A stretch of 64,000 bases of DNA from Mustelus asterias (Eukaryota): assembly GCF_964213995.1 (NCBI RefSeq), contig NC_135828.1:30566001-30630000 (forward strand). Reading direction: 5' to 3'. How positions within the stretch are numbered: position 1 is the first letter of the stretch; each line of letters starts with the position of its first letter. The position numbers and the translations under genes are program-made. Of the stretch, positions 38,398 through 51,726 are shown piece after piece. The notes beneath the pieces were generated by a model, which was given only the letters and a program-made list of their open reading frames with translations, was not told where the DNA came from and searched no databases.

Positions 38398-40891
38398 TAA
38401 GACCATAAGACCATAAGACATAGGAGCGGAAGTAAGGCCATTCGGCCCACCGAGCCCACTCCACCATTCAATCATGGTTGATTTCAACTCCATTTACCCG
38501 CTCTCTCCCCATAGCCCTTAATTCCTCGAGAAATCAAGAATTTATCAATTTCTGTCTTGAAGACGCTCAACGTCTTGGCCTCCACAGCCCTCTGTGGCAA
38601 TGAATTCCACAGACCCACCACTCTCTGGCTGAAGAAATTTCTCCTCATCTCTGTTCTAAAGTGACTCCCTTTTATTCTAAGGCTGTGCCCCCGCGTCCTA
38701 GTCTCCCCTGTTAATGGAAACAACTTCCCTACGTCCATCCTATCTAAGCCGTTCATTATCTTGTAAGTTTCTATCAGATCTCCCCTCAACCTCCTAAACT
38801 CCAATGAATATAATCCCACGATCCTCAGACGTTCATCGTATGTCAGGCCTACCATTCCTGGGATCATCCGTGTGAATCTCCGCTGGACCCGCTCCAGTGC
38901 CAGTATGTCCTTCCTGAGGTGTGGGGCCCAAAATTGCTCACAGTACTCCAAATGGGGCCTAACCAGTGCTTTATAAAGCCTCAGAAGTACATCCCTGCTT
39001 TTGTATTCCAAGCCTCTTGAGATAAATGACAACATTACATTTGCTTTCTTAATTACGGACTCAACCTGCAAGTTTACCTTTAGAGAATCCTGGACTAGGA
39101 CTCCCAAGTCCCTTTGCACTTTAGCATTATGAATTTTGTCACCGTTTAGAAAATAGTCCATGCCGCTATTCTTTTTTCCAAAGTGTACGACCTCGCACTT
39201 GCCCACGTTGAATTTCATCAGCCACTTCTTGGACCACTCTCCTAAACTGTCTAAATCTTTCTGCAGCCTCCCCACCTCCTCAATAGTACCTGCCCCTCCA
39301 CCTATCTTTGTATCATCGGCAAACGTGGCCAGAATGCTCCCAGTCCCGTCATCTAGATCGTTAATATATAAAGAGAACAGCTGTGGCCCCAACACTGAAC
39401 CCTGCGGGACACCACTTGTCACCGGTTGCCATTCTGAGAAAGAACCTTTTATCCCAACTCTCTGCCTTCTGTCTGACAGCCAATCGTCAATCCATGTTAG
39501 TACCTTGCCTCGAATACCATGGGCCCTTATTTTACTCAGCAGTCTCCCGTGAGGCACCTTGTCAAAGGCCTTTTGGAAGTCAAGATAGATAACATCCATT
39601 GGCTCTCCTTGTCTAACCTATTTGTTATCTCTTCAAAGAACTCTAACAGGTTTGTCAGGCACGACCTCCCCTTACTAAATCCATGCTGACTTGTCCTAAT
39701 CCGACCCTGCACTTCCAAGAATTTAGAAATCTCATCCTTAATGATGGATTCTAGAATTTTGCCAACAACTGAGGTTAGGCTAATTGGCCTATAATTTTCC
39801 ATCTTTTTTCTTGTTCCCTTCTTGAACAGTGGGGTTACAACAGCAATTTTCCAGTCCTCTGGGACTTTCCCTGACTCCAGTGACTTTTGAAAGATCATAA
39901 CTAACGCCTCCACTATTTCTTCAGCTATCTCCTTTAGAACTCTAGGATGTAGCCCATCTGGGCCCGGAGATTTACCAATTTTCAGACCTTTTAGTTTCTC
40001 TAGCACTTTCTCCTTTGTGATGGCAACCATATTCAACTCTGCCCCCTGACTTTCCTGAATTGTTGGGATATTACTCATGTCTTCTACTGTGAAGACTGAC
40101 GCAAAGTACTTATTAAGTTCCTCAGCTATTTCCTTGTCTCCCATCACTAGATTACCAGCGTCATTTTGGAGCGGCCCAATGTCTACTTTTGCCTCCCGTT
40201 TGTTTTTAATGTATTTAAAGAAACTTTTACTATCATTCCTAATGTTACTGGCTAGCCTACCTTCATATTTGATCCTCTCCTTCCTTATTTCTCTCTTTGT
40301 TATCCTCTGTTTGTTTTTATAGCCTTCCCAATCTTCTGACTTCCCACTACTCTTTGCCACATTATAGGCTCTCTCTTTTGCCTTGATGCATTCCCTGACT
40401 TCCTTTGTCAGCCATGGCTGCCTAATCCCCCCTCTGATAACCTTTCTTTTGTTTGGGATGAACCTCTGCACTGTGTCCTCAATTACTCCCAGAAACTCCT
40501 GCCATTGCTGTTCTACTGTCTTTCCCACTAGGCTCTGCTTCCAGTCGATTTTTGTCAGTTCCTCCCTCATGCGCCTGTAATTATCTTTATTTAACTGTAG
40601 AACCTTCACATCTGATTCTGCCTTCCTTCTTTCAAATTGCAGACTGAATTCTACCATATTATGATCACTGCTTCCTAAGTGTTCCCTTACTTTAAGATAT
40701 TTTATCACGTCTGGCTCATTACATAACACTAAGTCCAGAATAGCCTGTTCCCTCGTGGGTTCCATCACAAGCTGTTCCAAAAAGCCATCCTGTAAACATT
40801 CAATGAATTCCCTTTCTTTGGGTCCACTGGCAACATTATTTACCCAGTCCACCTGCATATTGAAATCCCCCATGATCACTGTGACCTTGCC
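38398..40891 (-). mobile_element. Young 5'-truncated CR1 in the J-C intron, same orientation as the TCR gene
   Basis: ORFs 39536..40879 and 38484..39599 joined by a single frameshift; (cttatggt)n tail. Confidence 0.95.
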
Positions 40892-41162
40892 AAATCTCCC
40901 CCGCTTCCATGTGTTCTATTTCCACTTCTGAATTTATTTTCCTTCCCCATCTTCATCCTTGTCTCTGTTTCTTGCAATTTACCAGTGTCTGCCACTGTTT
41001 ATCTCAAAACCTCCCTCTCTTTCCTATTTCTCTCCCTCTCTTTGACTCTTTCCCTCTTTATCAACAACAATCTATCTCCAATCGGCAATCAAGGAAAGAA
41101 AAACATTCTACCCATGGCCAATGTTTCAAAGATTAAAAATAACTGCCGTTTGGAGTACTCAC

Positions 41163-41208
41163 CTAAAACAGTCAGCCTGGTCCCTGCTCCGAAGTGCTGT
41201 TCAGCATT
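41163..41208 (-). CDS. TRBJ: TCR beta-like J gene segment
   Basis: Reverse strand AATGCTGAACAGCACTTCGGAGCAGGGACCAGGCTGACTGTTTTAG|gtgagt = NAEQHFGAGTRLTVL; FGxG motif; phase-1 donor in frame with the C exon. Confidence 0.95.
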
Positions 41209-41236
41209 CACAGTGTTATTGAGCCAGACGCAAACT
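41209..41236 (-). promoter_or_regulatory. 12-spacer recombination signal sequence of the J segment
   Basis: On +: heptamer CACAGTG 41209-41215 (consensus), 12-nt spacer ttattgagccag, nonamer ACGCAAACT 41228-41236 (6/9 to ACAAAAACC). Confidence 0.92.
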
Positions 41237-43729
41237 AGTTGCTGCTCGAAACCATTCCTAGAGAGGAGTCACCGACCCAGAGCGGCTGGTTCCTGCACAC
41301 TTACATTCGGAATCAGAGGCTTGGATGTTTCCCAATAGAGGCTGGTAGCAGGAATCAGTGTGAAGCTCAGAATCCTCTGTAACACTATCATGAGGGTAGG
41401 TGCTGGAGATCATTTTTTAATGGGCAGTTCTTGTAGCGAGGGCACCAGCAAATGAGGCACGGTGGAAGTTGATTGTCCCCACGGTGATACATCTGAGTTC
41501 AAAAAATGCACCTGGGTTCAGAGATCACTGCATTTTATATCTGATGCAAAGAGATTTTACGAACCCTTCATTTCACCAAAGTTTGGATCTGCCCCTAATA
41601 TTTCACGGTCAGTGTCTTGTTCTGTTTTTGTCTCTGCCTATTTTTCTTTCAATCTCTGTCTTATCACAGCTTATCTGTTCACCTCCCCTGTAACTCTTAT
41701 ATCCCTGTATCATGCATCTTCTGATGATTTAAATCACTGCCTCGCCCTCTCTTTCCCTATTTCTGTATTTCCCATACATGTCTCCTATGTTCTCTGTCTG
41801 AAACTCTATCCCTATTTTCAATCTCTCCCTTTATGCCTTGGTATCACCCTGTCTCTCCCAGTGTCCTTATCTTCCCGTCCCCCTCTACCTCTTTCTGTCT
41901 ATATGCCCTTCTGTCTTCCTAGCTATGACTTCCTCTGTTTGCCCATCTGTGGTTGCTCTCCCTAACTCTAAATCTCCACTACTGATTTTGTGGAACTATG
42001 CAAATTTATTTCTTAAATTTGTTTCTCCATCTCCTTTTCTGCAAGGGCTTCCCAACTCTCTCTTGAGTTCTGCCTTTCTCACACTTCATCTGTACCTCAA
42101 AGAATGTCGTGTTTCCTCCGGACTTCCCTTGGTGTATAATACTTGCTGTGCAACATTTCACTGAAGCGCCAATATGAATAAACAACAACATAAATGAATA
42201 ACAAGGCAAATACTGAGCCAAAGGGGCAGATAGGCCAGTCTTTATCAGTTCAACGTCCATATACATCGGAATTCTTAGTGTTAGAAAGAGCAGCCAGCTG
42301 TAAGAGCACAACTCAAATACAAATATCCATGGTTGGTGTGAATGTCGATGTCTCAGAGCGATGAACCTACGTCATGCTGATCCTATGTAACAAACAAGCA
42401 GCAAACAGAAGAAAGAGGGAGCGTCTATAAAGGAGAGAAGCAATGTGAGGAGGAACTGTGAGGGTGAATGGAGCCAGTGGCATCGGCTGAAACAAGAGAG
42501 TTTTCATTTGTTGGCCAACACTCCCGCTTGGTGGCGGCGTGGAGGAATGACCGAGGATCCCAGAATCACAGACCTGTGACATGGCAGAGGGAAATAATTG
42601 AAAGCAGCGTGTCTGCACTGGCACTTCAAGTGATCAATCCGAACCGAGACCCCCCCCCCACCCAACACACACCCCCCACAGCTCCCCTCCCCCCCCCCCC
42701 GCCTCCCTCCTCCGTTTCCCCTTAAAATTGCACTTCTCTGCTTGATAGGTAGCAATCTTATTCCCTCTGGAATATTTAACCTAAAACTGCCTCCAACACA
42801 TTCTGATACAGGTCATTCCGATTCCGGTTCCAGACCAATCATGTCCCCATCTCATATGTTGTCAAGCACTTTAAATCTCTGTCCTCTCCTTTTCCATCCC
42901 CAAAAAACATTACCCTCCTCAAGACAGTATGTTACTAATTGAAGCATCTCCAAGAAGTGGAACTGGGGCTTTCCCTTAATGAATCCCTGCTGACTTCACG
43001 TAATGAACGCACATCAGTCAAAGTCCTGCGAGGGTTCTCCAGAATTGTTTTTTTTTATCACAATCACCAATGGGCATGAGGCGGAAAAGTTGAGTTGAGG
43101 ATGATCCTATCAGAGCAGTCACGGTCACATTTAATGATGGAGTGGTGTTGATGCACCGAATGGTCTACCTTTGCACCTACATCTTATCAGCTTACAGTTT
43201 GTAACGGGCAGTTGTGTTCAGAACTGGGAAAATTATGATAAGAAATACAAACAGGCGGTTAGAATAGAGGTGGTTAGCTGGAGAAATGATGAGATGCAGA
43301 TCAACGGGGAACAATCATTTTTACGTATGTGACTCGGAAGAAAAATGGGGCGATGGAAGTAACATTTCAAAGTGGAGAGATAACTAAATTAATTAGTACA
43401 CGTCAAAAGCCAACTGCACCGGGGTAATGTCAATGCGAAATAAATCGTATAATTGGAGACACTAGGAAGAAAAGTGATAGAGGTAGCCGACTTCCGAACT
43501 GCACCAAGTCGCAGCAAAAGTTGTTGGGCAGAAAGTGCTGGCCCAGCCAGTGATACGTCTGATCAGAAGCAAATTCCTGTCTGGGATGGAAAAAAACTCC
43601 TCCGCACTGCGACTAAAATGGACTGGGATGGGAACTTGAAATGCTGTGACTGGACATGGAGGAAGTAGATTGGCATAATAGGCACTGAGAAATAATGTTG
43701 GGAGTGAGTCATTGAATTGTAAGAACACA

Positions 43730-44160
43730 GGAAAGAGATTTAGCGAAAGAGATAGAGAAACAAATAAAGATTTAGGAAGAAACAGAAAGGTCGAATGAGG
43801 GAGATAAAGAGAAAGTGACACACAGCTACAGAGAGAGAGAAAGATAAAGGTAGGGAATGAGAAAGAGAGAGAGATAGAACGATGGCTAGAGGAAAGATAG
43901 AAAGAGAATTGTAGCAAGAGTGACGGATAAAGAGAGTGACAGATAGAAAGAGAAACAAATACAAAGAAAGAGATAGATAGAATGAGTTAGAAAGAGGGAC
44001 AAGTATAAAGGACAGACTGATAGAAAGAAGACAGATGGAAAGAAAGAGAAATGGAAAGAGACAAACAGCAAATGTGATGGAAAAATAGGGAAAGTCAGGG
44101 AAAAGAAAAGCCAAGTGCAGAAAAAAGAGAGAGAGAAAGATAGAACAGAGGAAGCCAGAT
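43730..44160. repeat. Purine-rich (GA/GAAA) low-complexity tract
   Basis: Nearly all A/G. Confidence 0.8.
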
Positions 44161-44437
44161 ATCATTTTGAGAGATCAAGACATGAGGGGAAAAGGTACAG
44201 AATAAGAAGTTTACAGAATAAAAGTGTACAAAATAAAAGGTACAGAATAGGAAGGTTGTAGGCCATTATCTGTTGGAACCCCTGTATCGGTTGTGTGTTA
44301 TCTGACAGTGGAGCTGTGTTACCTTTGTGTTAGTCGGAGCCTCTGTATCGGTTGTGTGCTCTATAACAATATCACTATGTGAGTTGTGTCACTTAAATGA
44401 CCTTTATCAGTTATGTGTTCTATGTCAGTGGATATCT

Positions 44438-44572
44438 ATGATGTGGAGATGCCGGCGTTGGACTGGGGTAAACACAGTATCCATGTGACGAAGGAGCAGC
44501 GCTCCGAAAGCTAATGGTATTTGCTACCAAATAAACCTGTTGGACTTTAACCTAGTGTTGTTAAAACTCTTA
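44438..44572 (+). mobile_element. Single-arm Penelope-derived element, copy 3, with a core-mutated hammerhead-like motif (44481-44517)
   Basis: Same 5' leader tgatgtggagatgccggcgttggactgggg and same 3' arm; TSD cagtgga(t/c)atct at 44426-44437 and 44573-44584. Confidence 0.85.
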
Positions 44573-44643
44573 CAGTGGACATCTCTACCAGTCGTGTCAG
44601 TTGGCCCTCAGTATACCCGAACAGGCGTTGAAGTGTGGCGACT

Positions 44644-47600
44644 CATGTGCCTGTAAAAAGGAAACATAGAACATAGAACATAGAACATTACAGCGCAGAA
44701 CAGGCCCTTCGGCCCACGATGTTGCACCGACCAGTTAAAAAAAAAAACTGTGACCCTCCAACCTAAACCAATTTCTTTTCGTCCATGAACCTATCTACGG
44801 ATCTCTTAAACGCCCCCAAACTAGGCGCATTTACTACTGATGCTGGCAGGGCATTCCAATCCCTCACCACCCTCTGGGTAAAGAACCTACCCCTGACATC
44901 GGTTCTATAACTACCCCCCCTCAATTTAAAGCCATGCCCCCTCGTGCTGGATTTCTCCATCAGAGGAAAAAGGCTATCACTATCCACCCTATCTAAACCT
45001 CTAATCATCTTATATGTTTCAATAAGATCCCCTCTTAGCCGCCGCCTTTCCAGCGAAAACAATCCCAAATCCCTCAGCCTCTCCTCATAGGATCTCCCCT
45101 CCATACCAGGCAACATCCTGGTAAACCTCCTCTGCACCCTCTCCAAAGCCTCCACATCCTTCCTGTAATGTGGGGACCAGAACTGCACACAGTACTCCAA
45201 GTGCGGCCGCACCAGAGTTGTGTACAGTTGCAACATAACGCTACGACTCCTAAATTCAATCCCCCTACCAATAAACGCCAAGACACCATATGCCTTCTTA
45301 ACAACCTTATCTACTTGATTCCCAACTTTCAGGGATCTATGCACACATACACCTAGATCCCTCTGCTCCTCCACACTATTCAAAGTCCTCCCGTTAGCCC
45401 TATACTCAACACATCTGTTATTCCTACCAAAGTGAATTACCTCACACTTCTCCGCATTAAACTCCATCCGCCACCTCTCGGCCCAACTTTGCAACCTGTC
45501 TAAGTCTTCCTGCAAACTACGACACCCTTCCTCACTGTCTACCACACCACCGACTTTGGTGTCATCAGCAAATTTGCTAATCCACCCAACTATACCCTCA
45601 TCCAGATCATTAATAAATATTACAAACAGCAGTGACCCCAAAACAGATCCCTGAGGTACACCACTTGTAACCGCACTCCATGATGAATATTTACTATCAA
45701 CCACCACCCTCTGTTTCCTATCCGCTAGCCAATTCCTGATCCAATTTCCTAGATCACCCCCAATCCCATACATCTGCATTTTCTGCAGAAGCCTACCATG
45801 GTGAACCTTATCAAACGCCTTACTAAAATCCATATATACCACGTCCACTGCCTTGCCCCCATCCACCTCCTTGGTCACTTTCTCAAAAAACTCAATAAGG
45901 TTAGTAAGGCACGACCTACCTGCCACAAAACCATGCTGACTATCACCTATCAATTCATTACTCTCCAAATAACTATAAATCCTATCCCTTATAATTTTTT
46001 CCAACATCTTGCCGACAACAGAAGTGAGACTCACCGGTCTATAATTCCCGGGGAAGTCTCTGTTCCCCTTCTTAAACAATGGGACAACATTCGCTAACCT
46101 CCAATCTTCTGGTACTATACCAGAGGCCAACGACGACCTGAAGATCAGAGCCAGAGGCTCTGCAATCACTTCTCTTGCCTCCCAGAGAATCCTTGGATAA
46201 ATCCCATCCGGACCAGGGGATTTATCTATTTTCAGACCCTCCAGAATATCCTGCACATCCTCCTTATCAACTGTAATACTGTCTATTCTACTCCCTTGCA
46301 ACCCAGTGTCCTCCTCAGCTATATTCATGTCCCCTTGCGTGAACACCGAAGAGAAATATTGGTTCAATGCTTCACCAATCTCCTCCGGTTCCACACATAA
46401 CTTCCCTCTGCCATCTATAACTGGCCCTAAACTTGCCCTAACCAACCTTCTGTTCTTGACATACCTATAGAACGCCTTAGGATTCTCTTTAACCCTATCC
46501 GCCAAAGTCTTCTCATGTCCCCTTTTAGCCCTTCTAAGCTCGCTCTTCAACTCCCTCTTAGCCAATCTAAAGCTTTCTAGTGCACTACCCGAGTGCTCAC
46601 GTCTCATCCGAACATAAGCCTCCTTTTTCTTTTTAACCAACAAAGAAACTTTTTTGGTGCACCACGGTTCCCTAGCCCTACCAATTCCTCCTTGCCTGAC
46701 AGGGACATACCTATCACAGACTCGCAGTAGCTGCTCCTTGAAAAAACTCCACATGTCGGACGTTCCCAGTCCCTGTAATCTCCTAGTCCAACCTATGTTT
46801 CCTAATTCTCTCCTAATAGCCTCATAATTACCCTTCCCCCAGCTAAAACCACTGGCCCGAGGTTCATGCCTATCCCTTTCCATCACTAAGGTGAACGTAA
46901 CCGAATTGTGGTCACTATCACCAAAATGCACACCAACTTCCAAGTCCAAGAAAGATAGGAAAGGTAGGATTCGAGAGCTGTGGATAACCAGGGAAATTGA
47001 GGATCTGATTAAAATGAAAAGTGAGGCGTACGTTAAGTCCAGGCAACTGAAAACAGATGGAGCTCTGGAGGAATACAGAGAGAGTAGGAAAGAACTCAAA
47101 TGGGGAGGTGGAAGGGCAAAAAGAGGTCACGAGATGTTCTTGGCAGGCAGGATTAAGGAGAATCCTAAGGCATTCTATTCATACGTTAGGAACAAAAGAG
47201 TTGTCAGGGAGAAAATCGGACCTCTCAGGGACAAAGGAGGGGAATTATGCTTAGAACCCGAGGGAATAGGGGAGATCCTAAATGAATACTTTGCATCGGT
47301 ATTCACGAAGGAGAGGGGCGTGTTAACCGGGAGTGTCTCGGAGGGAGGTGTTGACCCGTTAGAGAAAATCTCCATTACAAGAGAGGAAGTGTTAGGTTTT
47401 TTAGGGAACAGTAAAACTGACAAAGCCCCAGGGCCTGATGGCATCTATCCTCGACTGCTCAGGGAGACGAGAGATGAAATTGCTGGGCCTCTGACGGAAA
47501 TCTTTGTCGCTTCTTTGGACACGGGTGAGGTCCCTGAGGATTGGAGGATAGCGAATGTGGTCCCGTTGTTTAAGAAGGGTAGCAGGGATAACCCGGGAAA

Positions 47601-48975
47601 TTATAGGCCGGTGAGCTTGACGTCCGTGGTAGGGAGGTTGTTGGAGAGGATTCTGAGAGACAGGATGTATGTGCATTTAGAACGGAACAATCTCATTAGT
47701 GACAGACAGCATGGTTTTGTAAGAGGGAGGTCGTGCCTTACAAATTTGGTGGAGTTTTTTGAGGAAGTGACAAAAACGGTTGATGAAGGAAGGGCCGTGG
47801 ATGTCGTCTATATGGATTTCAGTAAGGCATTTGACAAAGTCCCACATGGCAGGTTGGTTAAGAAGTTTAAGGCTCATGGGATACAAGGAGAAGTGGCTAG
47901 ATGGGTGGAGAACTGGCTTGGCCATAGGAGACAGAGGGTAGTGGTCGAAGGGTCTTTTTCCGGCTGGAGGTCTGTGACCAGTGGTGTTCCGCAGTGCTCT
48001 GTACTGGGACCTCTGCTATTTGTGATATATATAAATGATTTGGAAGAAGGTGTAACTGGTGTAATCAGCAAGTTTGCGGATGATACGAAGATGGCTGGAC
48101 TTGCGGATAGTGAAGAGCATTGTTGGGCAATACAGCAGGATATAGATAGGCTGGAAAATTAGGCGGAGAGGTGGCAGATGGAGTTTAATCCGGATAAATG
48201 CGAAGTGATGCATTTTGGAAGAAATAATGTAGGGAGGAGTTGTACAATAAATGGCAGAGTCATCAGGAGTATAGAAACACAGAGGGACCTAGGTGTGCAA
48301 GTCCACAAATCCTTGAAGGTGGCAACACAGGTGGAGAAGGTGGTGAAGAAGGCATATGGTATGCTTGCCTTTATAGGACGGGGTATAGAGTATAAAAGCT
48401 GGAGTCTGATGATGCAGCTGTATAGAACGCTGGTTAGGCCACATTTGGAGTACTGGGTCCAGTTCTGGCACTACCAGAAGGACGTGGAGGCGTTAGAGAG
48501 AGAGCAGAGAAGGTTTACCAGGATGTTGCCTGGTATGGAGGGTCTTAGCTATGAGGAGAGATTGGGTAGACTGGGGTTGTTCTCCTTGGAAAGACGGAGA
48601 ATGAGGGGAGATCGAATAGAGGTGTACAAGATTATGAAGGGTATAGATAGGGTGAACAGTGGGAAGCTTTTTCTCAGGTCGGAGGTGACGATCACGAGAG
48701 GTCACGGGCTCAAGGTGAGAGGGGCGAAGTATAACTCAGATATCAGAGGGACGTTTTTTACACAGAGGGTGGTGGGGGCCTGGAATGCGCTGCCAAGTAG
48801 GGTGGTGGAGGCAGGCACGCTGACATCGTTTAAGACTTACCTGGATATTCACATGAGCAGCCTGGGAATGGAGGGAAACAAACGATTGGTCTAGTTGGAC
48901 CAAGGAGTGGCACAGGCTTGGAGGGCCGAAGGGCCTGTTTCCTGTGCTGTACTGTTCTTTGTTCTTTGTTCTTTT
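44644..48975 (+). mobile_element. 5'-truncated CR1 of the same family as 1640-5925, split near its 5' end by an inverted CR1
   Basis: catgtgcctgtaaaaaggaaa (44644) continues as gataggaaaggtagg (~46954), as at 3880-3915; TSD gactc at 44640-44644 and 48976-48980. Confidence 0.93.
44665..46945 (-). mobile_element. Very young 5'-truncated CR1 with an uninterrupted ORF2 remainder
   Basis: No stops from ~46940 to 44763; all RT motifs present; (ttctatg)n tail. Confidence 0.95.
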
Positions 48976-49036
48976 GACTCGGGATTATCAAAGTAACTTT
49001 ATTGGAGTGTTAATGTGACCAATCAAAAAAAAATTG

Positions 49037-49370
49037 GGGTGACACCGTGGTTAGCACTGCTGCCTCACCGCTCTAGGGACCCGTGTTCAATTCCCGGCTT
49101 GGATCACTACCTGTGTGGAATTTGTAACTTCTCTCCGTGTCTGTGTGTGTTTCCTCCGAGTGATCCGGTTTCCCCCCACAGTCCAGAGATGTGCAGATTA
49201 GGTGGATTGGCCATGCTCAATTGCCCCTCAGCGTCAGAGGATCTACCTGGGGTAACTGCATGTGGTTATGGGGATGGGGCCTGGGTAGGATTGTGGTCAG
49301 TGCAGACTCGATGGGCCGAATGGCCTCCTTCTGCACTGTAGAATTCGATGATTTTATGAATCTATGTATC
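49037..49370 (+). mobile_element. HE1-like SINE
   Basis: gtggttagcactgctgcctcac...gttcaattccc, conserved core and tail. Confidence 0.85.
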
Positions 49371-50744
49371 ACTGGGGACTTTTGTTTGCCTAGGCCTCTT
49401 ATGAGTTTAACATGTCTAACCATGCAACCGCATGCATTAGAAGCACGAGTGGACTAATCAGCCATTTTGATATTGTTCTACCATCCAATAAGATCATGGT
49501 TGTCCTACCTCGCCTGCCCCGAATTACAATTCACCCCATGTTTGCCAAGAATCTCATTATTGCTGCCATTGAAATTATCAAAAAGATACACTTCCACTGC
49601 CTAAGACTTAAATGCTATATTCGTCAAATCCTGCAAAGTATAGTCATAAAGAACCTGCTTTAATCACTTGTCTGCATTTTTTCACCATTAAAAACGGCAG
49701 CTACAACGTGCAAAAAGCCCTGAGAGGTTCAAACTAACATTTCCAATTTCATTATTTCATGATCACTATGGATTCAATGACATCTCTGACATAACATCAG
49801 ATCTGGTGTTGGGAATATTGACTGTATTATTTGTTATTTCATTATTGTGATCTGAACTGTAATGTTGAATCACATTTCTTTGTTCGAGCACATCTGGGAA
49901 TTAACCTGCTGCAGTAATCTGTTTATTCATTTATTCAAGAACAATAAAGGTACTGCAACTTCAGTATCTCAGTGGGATACCCACATGATAGAAATTAAAG
50001 GCCCTCGGAATGCATTGCCTCATAATACAGAAAGATCACTGACAGAAGGATGGGGCAGACTGCATCAGCGAGAAGATGCATCGACCAATTCCACAAGTGC
50101 AGAAATATTACTACGCAGTGCTCGCCATCCTTGGTGTTCACGGTACGTAAATATAATCTTTGAACTTGTGTGGAAGCACGTCAAAGCTTCTCTCTGTTTC
50201 TGCTCTTATTATTGTTATACGCTGATTTCGTGGCGATTGGAACACATACACCCGAACACTCAGACCGTTTCACTCAGAGCGAGCAGGTCACACTCTCTGG
50301 TGTTCATTTAATTTTATTTCCTAAGTGAATGCTTCCATTGCATCTCATGCCCGTGCTCAATCGTTACATTTGCTGCACTGTCCTGGAGCCTGGGCCATAT
50401 AATCATTTCTCGATCTGTCAATTGATATTTGTACAAAGGGATCAGTCAATGTCAAATTAATTGCATGTAAACCACTAAGTAGAGAGAAGCGCCTGGCCCC
50501 ATTGAGCATGTACTCCTGGGAGTATCAGTCCTTCTAAAGTTGTACTGAACGTAATTCACTAACTGCAATCATTAAAACAGTTATGTTTTGAAATAATAAT
50601 GCGAGATCTCAACTCCATTGATCTAAAGTAAAGTTTATTTATTAGTCACAAGTAAGGCTGACATTAGCACTGCAATTAAGTTACTGTCAAATACCCTGAG
50701 TCGCCACACTCCAGCGCCTGTTGCGGTCAATGTGCCTAACCAGT

Positions 50745-51726
50745 GATGCATTACAGTGAGAAACCGCACCGACCTCCTCAGAAGGCAAACACGGGACACG
50801 GCCGACAGAGTGCCCTTTGTTAGCCAGTACTTCCCTGGAGCGGAGAAGCTACAACATCTTCTGCGAAGCCTTCAACACGTCATTGATGAAGACGAACATC
50901 TCTCCAAGGCCATTCCCACACCCTACTATGTGCCTTCAAACAACAGCGCAACCTCAAACAGACCATTGTTCCCAGCAAACCACTCAGCCTTCAGGAGAAC
51001 AGCGACCACAACACCACACAATCCTGCCACAGTAACTTCTGCAAGATGTGCCAGATCACCTAGACGGATGCCATCATCTCACGTGAGAACACCATCCACC
51101 AGATGCACTGTACATACTCTTGAGACTCGGCCAACGTTGTCTACCTGATACACTGCAGGAAAAGATGTCCCGAGGCATGGTACATCGGCAGACGCTACAA
51201 CAACGGATGAATGGACACCGCTCGACAATTACCAGGCAGGAGTGTTTTCTTCCTGTCGGGGCACACTTCAGCAGTCAAGGGCATTCAGCCTCTGATCTTC
51301 GGGTAAGTATTCTCCAAGGCATCCTTCAAGACACACAACAATGCAGAATTGCCGAGCAGAAACTGATGGTCAGGTTCCGCACACATGAGGACGGCCTCAA
51401 CCGGGATCTTGGGTTCACGCTATACTACCATTTGTTACTGTCCCATTCTGGGATTGCAATATCTTACTCACTGTCCTGGCTCGAGACAATTCACACCTCT
51501 TTAATCTGTGCTTAACCGCTCTCCACTCGCATTTTGTACACCTGTAAAGAATTGATTACCTGTTAAGACACGCATTCCAACCATTTCCTTTAATTGAGTT
51601 TTTGTCTATATATGCCCTGTTTGTGAACCCGATTCTTCACTCACCTGATGAAGGGGCAGTGATCCGAAAGCTCGTGCTAACAAATAAACCTGCTGGACTT
51701 TAACATGATGTTGTGAGACTTCTCAT
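50745..51726 (+). mobile_element. Penelope-like retroelement 3' fragment (GIY-YIG endonuclease plus terminal repeat), decayed
   Basis: DSANVVYLIHCRKRCPEAWYIG...QTLQQRMNGHR...EQKL...GLNRDLG; 3' end shared with the palindromic elements. Confidence 0.9.
51642..51676 (+). ncRNA. Minimal hammerhead-ribozyme-like motif of the Penelope terminal repeat
   Basis: cac-CUGAUGA-A-GGGGC-agu-GAUCC-GAAA-GC-UC-gug; stem I (cac/gug) covaries with ccau/augg of the other copies. Confidence 0.65.

Noticed and set aside
43462-44165. Hydrophobic multi-TM-looking ORFs (also 15910-16339, 41462-42164, 52137-52724)
   Set aside because: Translations of CT/GA low-complexity DNA
44763-48162. Overlapping long ORFs 44763..47099 (-) and 46891..48162 (+) suggesting a bidirectional gene
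   Set aside because: Artefact of reading across the junction of two oppositely oriented CR1s
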